NCBI RefSeq assembly: GCF_006345805.1
Contig: NW_021833634.1
Span: forward strand, 1 to 57,569
Direction: 5' to 3'
Origin: Octopus sinensis
Lineage: Eukaryota
DNA length: 57,569 nucleotides
Position 1 is the first letter of the stretch. Each line of letters opens with the position of its first letter. The notes under the pieces were generated by a model. It saw only the letters and a program-made list of their open reading frames with translations, had not been told where the DNA came from and made no database searches. Both the position numbers and the translations under genes were made by a program. Positions 47,913-57,569 of the stretch are shown here, one piece after another.

Positions 47913-48325
47913 ACTCCTTTACTCTCTTTTACTCTTTTACTTGTTTCAGTCATTTGACTGCGGCCATGCTGGAGCACCGCCTTTAGTCGAGCAAATCGAC
48001 CCCAGGACTTATTCTTTGTAAGCCCAGTACTTATTCTATCGGTCTCTTTTGCCGAACCGCTAAGTGACGGGGACGTAAACACACCAGCATCGGTTGTCAA
48101 GCAATGCTAGGGGGAAAAACACAGACACACAAACATATACACACACACTTATATATATATATATACATATATACGACAGGCTTCTTTCAGTTTCCGTCTA
48201 CCAAATCCACTCACAAGGCATTGGTCGGCCCGGGGCTATAGCAGAAGACACTTGCCCAAGATGCCACGCAGTGGGACTGAACCCGGAACCATGTGGTTGG
48301 TTAGCAAGCTACTTACCACACAGCC
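47913..48325 (-). mobile_element. SINE family 1, near full length
   Basis: tRNA-like head, central (CA)n/(TA)n, 3' tail GGCGGTGCTCCAGCATGGCCGCAGTCAAATGACTGAAACAAG(TAAAAGAG)n. Confidence 0.9.
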
Positions 48326-48352
48326 ATAAATATATACATATTTATGTGTATA

Positions 48353-48386
<34 letters not shown>

Positions 48387-49520
48387 TGGGCCTGATGAAG
48401 CCTTCTGGCTTCACAGACCCCAGTAGAACCATCCAACCCATGCTAGCATGGAAAACGGATGCTAAACGATGATGATGATATGTAATAATATATAATATAT
48501 ATATATATACATATATTATATACATATATATATGTAATATATATAATATATATATAATATATATACATATATATATATATATATACATATATATATGTAT
48601 TATATAATATATATATATATACATATAAATATATATACATATATATATGTATAATATATAATATATACATATAAATTGTATATATATATATTACATATAA
48701 ATATGTATAATATATATATATACATATAATATATATATATATATATATCTCTCCCCCTCACCGTTCTTCATGGTCTCCTCCCACCCCATTCCCCTCTCTC
48801 TCTTCCTCTTGCTCCTCCCCCCCATTCCCGTCGTCCATCTGCGACGATACTTCCGTCGTAACTGCTATCCTGTCTTTTCTCGCCCGCCTTCTAAGGCTAC
48901 TGGTCGACATTCTTTCTCTCTCGTCATCCACTATAATCCAGCGTTTGCAATACTTTTTTCGTCTGGCGTTAACAGCCCTTCTTATCTTGTTCTCCTTGTC
49001 CTGTCTCTCACTGTTATATATTTATTTTTCCACTGTTTATATATATATTTTTTACTGTTTATATGTTTGTACTGTCGTTACCGTCTTGCTTTTTTTACCC
49101 CTCTGCGAAAAGATCTCAGAATTTTAATTGATTTGCTTTTCGCAGGAAGGAAGTTTTCTTCGAAGTATACGTCTCGCTTTTATCCTTCAAAACGTTTAGT
49201 AGATGAAACCTTAGCGACTGAAGAAGGGGATTTTTCGTTGTGCTTATTGTCCTGTATCTCTTTTTTGCTTGTCTTGTTCCTTGGTTTGTGTCTATGTTTT
49301 TCGTCTCTATGTGTTCAACGTCTTTTTGGTGTCCTGTACACATATATGCGTGTATATGTACATGTAGAGGTAGGTACGTACATATATGTTTATATATATG
49401 CATATATTCTATTTTATTAACATATATATATATATATAATATATATATATATATACATATAAATATATATATATATATATATACATACATATAAATATAT
49501 ATATATATATATATACATAC

Positions 49521-49569
<49 letters not shown>

Positions 49570-49580
49570 CATATAAATTA

Positions 49581-50885
49581 CTAGCAGTATCGCCCGGCGT
49601 TGCTCGGGTTTGTAAGGGAAATAACTATATAAGCATTTTTAGAGAGAGTTATAGCCAAAAAATAGGAAAAAAATGCATTAAAAATGGAAAAAAAAATTAG
49701 GTAAATTTCTTTTTAAATCGTTGACACATCGTAGATATTTTTAGAGAGTTACTTCCCTTATATAATAGCGAAAAAAATGCATTAAAAATGGAAAAATATG
49801 ATGGTAAATTTTTTAAATCGTAGACTCATCGTAGACGCGCGCTAATACCCAGAAGGGCTCGATATGACTCACGACTATAAGATACCCGGTTTGGTTTTTC
49901 TTAACCCTTTCGTTACTATATTTCTGACCAAAATACACCCCTTATGTGTTTCAATTATTTTCTAACGTAATCATAAATTTAGTCTGGTTTCATTAAACAA
50001 CAATAACTTTTTTATTTATCATATATTAATGTGATTTTTGGAAGATAATTTAATGAAATGTCCTCAACCAATTCTATACTATAATTTTTGTCACAAAGTG
50101 ACTCTAATTGCAGGTAGATACAGGTAAATTCAACAATATATAAAATTATTAAAATTTTGTTCAAACATCGCTATAGAAAATGGGTTATTAGCTAATATTC
50201 AATTGGGTATACAACAAAATTTTACGATATAATTTGTTATTCTGGGTAACTTTCTGATACCCATAATAATATTTATGGCAAAATAGGCCTTAATTTCATT
50301 TAAGGTTGTGGGAAACCACAAACTATCCTTTCTTTCGTTTTGTTTACGTTTAGCGTAACGGTTTGTTTTCACCGTAATGATTTCAAATAGGTTCATTCGA
50401 AAAAGTAAATAGAAATAGTCTAAGGCTTTACTCTTCTGGGAAAATCTGTGGCTTGGTCCAGTTTCTTCAGAAAAATCACCGAAAGAAACAGTTTTTAAAT
50501 TTTCACTCCATTCAGGTACCAATTCGTTTTCTTTATCGCTGTAGGATTCACTGTTTTCACTTTAATAGCTGCAAACTTGCAAAGACAAAGGAGGAGAAGG
50601 GTGATAGCGTCAGTGAAACAGTTCGCTCTCTTTGTGTGTGTGTGCGTTTGCGTGTGGTGTAAACCACATTAAGAAGAGCATTTGACATACACACCAGAAT
50701 GTGAGTTTTCTGTAAATTTTGCTTAATTGGAGTTTAAATTTTTAAAACTGGACCTGGCATGACCCGATGCATTCTACTCTTAAAAATGCTAGGAAAATTG
50801 TAATTGAAGAAATCCTATATTGTAGATTTCTATAACTTACAAAGGGAGGCAGATAAAATCTGCCTTTTATAATAAGAGATATAGA
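49581..50885 (-). mobile_element. Helitron family A 3' part, interrupted and joined to a different TC 5' end
   Basis: CTAG 49581-49584 with CCCGGCGTTGCTCGGG hairpin; A|TCTATATCTCTTATTATAAAAGG at 50885; GGCAGAT-AAA-ATCTGCC hairpin 50848-50864. Confidence 0.7.
49905..50562 (-). mobile_element. Truncated third copy of the piggyBac deletion derivative
   Basis: TTAA (49901-49904) + CCCTTTCGTTAC; colinear with 34655-35310, then breaks off; second TIR absent. Confidence 0.9.
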
Positions 50886-51019
50886 TATATATATATACAT
50901 ACATATAAATATATATATATATATATAATATAATTCGAGACAAAACCACTACTTTGCAAAACAAACAAGGAAAAACTTAATCAATACATAAAAATTTTTT
51001 AATATAAAGAAATAAACCG

Positions 51020-51062
51020 CCACTACAATCGTTTCATGTCTTCAATGACATTCGTCAGGTGG
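51020..51062 (-). ncRNA. Minimal type I hammerhead (family A), intact core
   Basis: CCAC-CTGACGA-ATGTC/ATTGAA/GACAT-GAAAC-GATT-GTA-GTGG. Confidence 0.85.
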
Positions 51063-51149
51063 ACTTTCGATCTCCTAATCTGTTTTAATTTATGAATTAA
51101 ATTAAATTAATTAAATTCATAAATTAAAACAGATTAGTAGATCGAAAGT

Positions 51150-51192
51150 CCACCTGACGAATGTCATTGAAGACATGAAATGATTGTAGTGG
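51150..51192 (+). ncRNA. Minimal type I hammerhead (family A), C15.2->U
   Basis: Mirror copy reading GAAAT-GATT-GTA (U.G wobble in stem III). Confidence 0.8.
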
Positions 51193-51412
51193 CGGTTTAT
51201 TTCTTATATTAAAAAATTTTTATGTATTGATTAAGTCTTTCCTTGTTTGTTTTGCAAAGTAGTGGTTTTGTCTCGAATTATATTACATAATATTTTACTA
51301 TAAAATTGGATTTAATCCTAAATCTGATTTTTCCCTGTAAATTTGATTATTCCCTAATATTTATTTATTATTATATAATAATATATATATATATATAATA
51401 CATAACATAAAC

Positions 51413-51444
<32 letters not shown>

Positions 51445-51492
51445 ATATATAATATATATATATGTGTACATGTATATATATGTATAATATAT

Positions 51493-51603
51493 TCTCTTTT
51501 CTCTTTTACTTGTTTCAGTCATTTGACTGTGGCCATGCTGGAGCACCGCCTTTAATCGAGCAACTCGACCCCGGGACTTATTCTTTTGTAAGCCCAGTAC
51601 TTA
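51493..51603 (-). mobile_element. SINE family 1, 3' fragment
   Basis: Same tail as 47913-48030. Confidence 0.85.
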
Positions 51604-51735
51604 TATATAATATATTGTTGTATTTTGGAACGGTCATTTTGCCAGTTTAGCCAATAAAAACACACGCACTATATATTTGGTGTTACTTTGCTTCAGTGTT
51701 ATTTATTTTTTACATTAAACTTAATCTTATTTCTG

Positions 51736-51775
51736 CCAGAGTTCTTTCGTCACACTCCTGTGACCGCATCAGTGG
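51736..51775 (-). ncRNA. Atypical hammerhead-like motif (CUGAUGC-G core)
   Basis: CCA-CTGATGC-G-GTCACA/GGAG/TGTGAC-GAAAG-AA-CTC-TGG; A9 is replaced and stem I is only 3 bp. Confidence 0.4.
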
Positions 51776-52079
51776 TCCTTTGCTTCCTTCTTTCTTATTT
51801 GTGTCTCTCCTTACTAACCGTCAGCCATTTTGTATTTCTATTGTATGTGTCTTCATTTGCGCATGCGTATATCTCTATGTGCGTCTATGTTTAGTTACTG
51901 TGTGGGAGGGGGGGAATGCCTGTAATATTTGAATCTTCTATTTATATAAGTTCGTGTAATTTGTTTTTGTTTATTTTTATTTTGTTCATGTGTTTATATC
52001 CACTTATTATTATTATTATTATTATTATTATCATTACGTATGTATGTATGTATGTATAACAACAATACTAGTAATAATG

Positions 52080-52140
<61 letters not shown>

Positions 52141-52199
52141 TAATAATAAAAAATTTTAAATTTAAAATTTAAAAAAGATTAAAAAAAACATGATCTTAG

Positions 52200-53127
52200 T
52201 AGTTTCTGCCCCAGTAGACGTTTAAGAGGTAGACCACCCACAATTACTTCTATTGCTAGGAAGACCCATATAGAGAGATGGAGCAGATGGACCAGAGCCA
52301 TACGGAGCCCCGCAAATGTCCATCAGGTAAAGAAAATGATCGCACATGCACTAAGAGTTACCCTAAAAGGCCACACGTTTAAGTTTAACAATAAAATATA
52401 TGCCCAGGACGATGGGGCAGCCATCGGCGTTAGTATCGCCAGTGATGTGGCCAACCTTTTCATGCTATGGTGGGACAGAAGGCTTAAGGAATGCCTAACA
52501 CAGAACTCCATACTCGTGAACATGTACTCTCGCTATGTTGATGATATCAACATAGTGGTAAAGGCACCACCACAAGAGAGTACTGTTGAAATAGAAACTA
52601 ATACTATGGAGAGCATCCAGCAAATAGCTAACTCCATCCACCAGAGTATTAAGGTCACAATAGACTACCCTACTAAACACCCTAACCATAGACTACCAGT
52701 ACTAGACACAAAACTCTGGCTAGAAACTGTGAATAATAAAACCTAAATCCTTCATTCGTACTATGCCAAACCTATGGCCTCCAAATACTTGATCCACCGG
52801 AACTCAGCCATCACGGACAATGCCAAATTCAATATTTTGATGGCAGACCTAGTCAGAATAATGCGAAATGTGTCTCGCATGTGCAAGCCTACAGAGTTAA
52901 AGAGACACATACAACATTTCATTTACCGCATGCAGTTCTCAGGTTACAGCCATAAAGAAAGGATCAGAGTATACAAAGGAGCCATGAGAAATTTGATAAT
53001 ATCTTATGTAATGATAGGAATGGGATTTGCCCACTCATTAGGAGCAAGTCATGGAACACTTTGGAAAGGACAAAGAAGAAAATAGGGAAGGCCAACTCTT
53101 GGTATGATAGCCACAAATACCAGAGTG
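52200..53127 (+). pseudogene. Penelope-like reverse transcriptase fragment
   Basis: FKFNNKIYAQ.DGAAIG, ANLFMLWWD, YSRYVDDI, LPVLDT, SKYLIHRNSA...KFNILMADLVRIMRN. Confidence 0.88.
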
Positions 53128-53129
53128 TC

Positions 53130-53335
53130 AGTTACTCGTTGGATCAGTGTCCTCCAGTCAGTTCTATCCTGGGCCGATTCTTTCAGATTGGCTATGTCCA
53201 TTCCGGTATCACTCTTGATGGTGTCAAGCCAGCGGGTTCTTGGTCGGCCTATTCCTCTCTTGCCACTGACCATTCCGAGCATGATGTCCTTCTCCAGGGA
53301 TTTTCTCCGCATAATATGACCGAAATATGCCAATC
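53130..53335 (-). mobile_element. 3' coding fragment of another RTE-clade LINE
   Basis: [37 protein letters not shown]...AQDRTDWR. Confidence 0.85.
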
Positions 53336-53463
53336 TATATATATATATATATATATACACATATATATATACATATACTATATATATATACATTATATAT
53401 ATATATACATAATATATTATATATACATATATATCTATATAGATACATATATAATATATATAC

Positions 53464-53495
<32 letters not shown>

Positions 53496-53496
53496 C

Positions 53497-53595
<99 letters not shown>

Positions 53596-53600
53596 TATAC

Positions 53601-53631
<31 letters not shown>

Positions 53632-53794
53632 CATATATACATATATATATATACATATATACATATATATATACATAATATATATATATACATATATATA
53701 TAATATATACATATACATATATATATATATACATATATATATATAATATATATATATATATACATATATCATATATATATATATATATATATAC

Positions 53795-53825
<31 letters not shown>

Positions 53826-54074
53826 TATATACTATATATATATACTATATATTATATATACCTATATATATATACATATACTACATATATATATCATATA
53901 TATATATAATATAATATATACATATTACATATATATATATATATACATATATACATATATATATATAATAATCATATATATATATATATATACATATATA
54001 ATATATATATATATATATAGATATATATACCATATATATATATATACATATATATACATATATATATAATATAC

Positions 54075-54109
<35 letters not shown>

Positions 54110-54313
54110 CAATTATATATATATATATACATATATATATACAATATATAATATATTATATATACATATATATCTATACATATACATATATATATACATA
54201 TATATATACATAATATAATATATAACACATATATATATATATACATACATATATATATACATACATATATATATATACATACATATATATATATATACAT
54301 ACATATATATATA
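53336..54313. repeat. Compound (TA)n/(TACA) microsatellite, ~1 kb
   Basis: Seen directly. Confidence 0.97.
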
Positions 54314-56668
54314 CATCATCATCATCATCATCATCATTTTTTAACGTCCGCTTTCCATGCTAGCATGGGTTGGACGGTTCAACTGGGGTCTGGGAGCCCG
54401 AAAGCTGCACCAGTTCAGTCAGATCTGGCAGTGTTTCTACAGCTGGATGCCCTTCCTAACGCCAACCACTCCGAGAGTGTAGTGGGTGATTTTATGTGCC
54501 CGACACAGGTGGCCAGAACGAGGCTGGCAAACAGCCACGCTCGGATGGTGTTTTTTATGTGCCACCGACACAGGTGCCAGACGAGGCTGGCAGACGGCCA
54601 CGCTCGGATGGTGTTTTTAATGTGCCACGACACAGGTGCCAGATGAGGCTGGCAAAACGGCCACGATCGGATGGTGCTTGTTACGTGCCCACAGCACGGA
54701 GGCCAGTCGATGCGGTACTGGCTACGGCCACGTTCGGATGGTTTTCTTGTGTGCCACGTGCCACCGGCACTGGTACCACAAGGATACAAATTCCATTGAT
54801 GTTCATCTATTTTGATTGATTTTCACTTGCCTCAACAGGTCTTCACAAGTGTCACAAGAAGGAAGGTATGCACCACCGCACTGACTACAGCACTGATGGA
54901 TTTCTTGTGTGCCACAGGCACTGGTACCACAAGATACAAATTCCATTGATGTTCATCTATTTGTCTATTTTGATTTGATTTGATTTTCACTTGCCTCAAC
55001 CGGTCTTCACAGGTGTCACAAGAGGAAGGTATGCACAGGTGGACTGACTAGTCTTGCCGGGTCTTCGGAAGGTGTTTTTATGTGCCACCGACACAGGTGC
55101 CAGATGAGGCTGGCGAACGCCATGATCGGATGGTGTTTGTTACGTGCCACAGCACGGAGGGGCCGGTCGATGCGGAACTGGCTACGGCCACGTTCGGATG
55201 GTTCTCTTGTGTGCCACCGGCACTGGTACCACAAAGATACAGATTCCATTGATGTTCATCTATTTTGATTTTGATTTGTTTTGATTTTGATTTTGATTTT
55301 CACTTGCCTCAACAGGTCTTCACAAGTGTCACAAGAAGGAAGGTATGCACAGGTGGACTGACTACGTCCCAGGTAGGGGCCATGGGTTATGGCCTGACTA
55401 GTCTTGCCGGGTCTTCGGATGGTGTTTTTATGTGCCATCGACACAGGTGCTAGATGAGGCTGGCGAACGGCCACGATCGGATGGTGTTTGTCATGTGCCC
55501 ACAGCACGGAGGCCAGTCGATGCGGTACTGGCTACGGCCACTTTCGGATGGTTTTCTCTTGTGTGCCACCGGCCACTGGTACCACAAGATACAAATTCCA
55601 TTGATGTTCATCTATTTTGATTTGTTTTGATTTTCACTTGCCTCAACAGGTCTTCACAAGTGTCGCAAGAAGGAAGGTATGTACAGGTGGACTGACTACG
55701 TCCCAGGTAGGGCCCACGGGTTATGACCTGACTAGTCTTGCCGGGTCTTCGGATGGTGTTTTTATGTGCCACCATGTTCCCACATCACGGAGGAGCGAGT
55801 CGATGCGGTACTGGCTACGGCCACGTTCGGATGTTTTTCTTGTGTGCCACAGGCACTGGTACCACAAAGATACAAATTCCATTGATGTTCATCTATTTTG
55901 ATTGATTTTCACTTGCCTCAGCAGGTCTTCACAAGTGTCACAAGAAGAAGGTATGCACAGGTGGATCGACTACGTCCCAGGTAGGGGCCACGGGATATGG
56001 CCTGACTAGTCCTGCCGGGTCCTCTCATGCACAGCACACTTCCATAGGACTCGGTCTTCAGTCATTTCCTTGGTGAGACCTAAAGTTCGAAGGTCGTGCT
56101 TCACCACCTCGTCCCAGGTTTTCCTGGGTCTACCTCTTCCACAGGTTCCCTCAACTGCTAGGGTGTAGCACTTTTGCACACAACTATCTTCAGCCATTCT
56201 CGTCACATGTCCATACCAGCGCAGCCGTCTCTCTTGCACACCACAACTGACACTTCTTAGGTTCAACTTTTCTCTCAAAGTACTTACACTCTGACGATTA
56301 TGAACACTGACATTACACATCCATCGGAACATACTGGCTTCATTTCTTGCAAGCTTACGCATATCCTCAGCTGTCACGGCCCATGTTTCACTACCATGTA
56401 GCATGGCTGTACGTACACACGCATCATATAGTCTGCCTTTTACTCTTAGCGAGAGGCCTTTTGTCACCAGCAGGGGTAAGAGCTCTCTAAACTTTGCCCA
56501 GGCTATTCTTACTCTAGCAGTTACACTTTCAGCACACCCACCCCCGCTACTGACTTGGTCTCCTAGGTAGCGGAAGCTATCAACTACTTCTAGTTTGTCT
56601 CCCTGGAACGTGGTAGAAGTTGGTCTCTGCACATTTCCAGTGTTTATTTCTCTTGAGCATCTGCCAAC
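54314..56668 (-). mobile_element. 5'-truncated RTE LINE with tandemly amplified 3' end
   Basis: Open RT C-terminus 56006-56668 (FRYLGD, AMLHGSETW, RRLRWYGH, GRGRPRKTW); the block GGTACCACA...CACTTGCCTCA...CACAAG recurs five times (about 54773, 54922, 55226, 55578, 55857). Confidence 0.93.
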
Positions 56669-56740
56669 ATACATATATATATACATACATATATATATAC
56701 ATACATATATATATATACATATATATATATACATACATAT

Positions 56741-57569
56741 ATGCAAAAATTAGAGGTGAATGCAAACACTGGCGTCAACAAAAGCCAGCGTAACTGGACG
56801 AAAGTAGAGCTGGAAGTTTTCATCAGAGGATGGACCTCGGCCGACAGATCGCAACCAACTAAAAACATAGCGGCAACCCTGAAAAGCCATGGCTTTATGA
56901 GGACGTTGGCGCAAGTAGAGAGGAAGAAAAGAGTCGAAAGGGCCTACACTCTCATTGCAACCACCATGGCTTTGCTAAGCCAAGTCCTCAAGGTGGACAA
57001 AGACAAAGAGAGAGAGTGGAAACAGGAAACACCAACCACAGAGTGTCAAAAAATGACACGCCCACTGCCACAGTCGAAGAAGGCAAGCAGGGCAAACAAC
57101 AGATAGGCGGCGATGGGAAAACAGAAAATAACCACCCGGACCGATGAAAGACCTATGCAGAAAGGAACCAGTGGGACAACCGTCCAACGGAGGAAGAAAA
57201 AACAGAGAGGAACTGGGGACAAGAAAACCCGGATAACATGCAAATTCTTCCGGAATGGAACCTGCTGGCATGGAGAAACAGGGGAAGGATGCAGGTTCGC
57301 TCATCCAGGCCCTATGGAAATTGCATCAAACCCACTCGACCAAAATGCCTAACCAAAACCAGAACCAAATACAAGCTGCCCCAGAAATATGCAGACATAG
57401 TGCGTAATGCCCCAACAAGGAGAAGGCGCACATTTGCAGAGGAAATGCAGACGGCGGCAGCAGAACAAAGAATTTTGTGGAAATGGCAGAGAAAATTGTG
57501 GGACAACTGGCCTGGATACATCATCTTCAGAGCCAGGGGCACTCACAACAGCACTCAAGACCACCACAA
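56741..57569 (+). pseudogene. ORF1 of a second CR1-like LINE, running off the window
   Basis: RNWTKVELEVFIRGW...IAATLKSHGFMRTLAQVERK; CKFFRNGTCWHGETGEGCRFAHP (CCCH); AAAEQ motif shared with the 4870 element. True start codon uncertain (ORF begins in microsatellite). Confidence 0.7.

Larger units (their letters stand above)
50926..51285. repeat. Near-perfect 360-bp palindrome carrying two opposed hammerheads
   Basis: Arms differ at roughly 4-5 positions by eye; spacer ~15 bp near 51098-51112. Confidence 0.95.

Noticed and set aside
48392-48420. CTGATGA followed by a small hairpin
   Set aside because: A mutated RTE tail (CCTGGTGCAGCCTTCTGGCTT); no GAAA or cleavage site follows.
49211-49245. 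CTGAAGA-AGGGG...CGTTGTGCTTA resembling a deleted hammerhead
   Set aside because: The 3' strand of stem II and GAAA are absent; recovering them means assuming an unobserved deletion.
48770-49420. 216-aa hydrophobic ORF
   Set aside because: Low-complexity T/C-rich sequence running into microsatellite; no recognisable domain or splice context.

Overview
AT-rich eukaryotic (metazoan) DNA made almost entirely of transposable elements and (TA)n microsatellite; I see no host protein-coding exon. From recall, the SINE and RTE-tail families look like those of Octopus (inference, not a database result). Contents: a near-intact DD34D mariner (1173-2464); a decayed CR1-like LINE (~4870-8775) and the start of a second one (56741-end), both with Myb/SANT-like plus CCCH ORF1s; many RTE LINE 3' fragments; tRNA-derived SINEs; a decayed hAT transposase carrying an RTE insertion with a 12-bp TSD; a Helitron helicase fragment; several non-autonomous Helitrons, including two head-to-tail dimers; one full-length decayed piggyBac and three piggyBac deletion derivatives; two solo LTRs; and three Penelope-like (PLE) RT fragments, two with GIY-YIG ends. 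The most interesting layer is invisible in the ORF track: about ten minimal type I hammerhead ribozyme (HHR) motifs from several sequence families. They have palindromic stem III, compensatory stem II changes, and some have very long stem II. Several sit in large fold-back inverted repeats. One is a U3-A8 core variant inside a terminally redundant 353-bp, hairpin-rich, retrozyme-like unit (43681-44251). Element ends defined by TIR, TSD, TC/CTAG or ribozyme motifs were counted by hand; ends of diverged fragments are approximate (tens of bp). No ribozyme activity, expression or novelty can be established from sequence alone.
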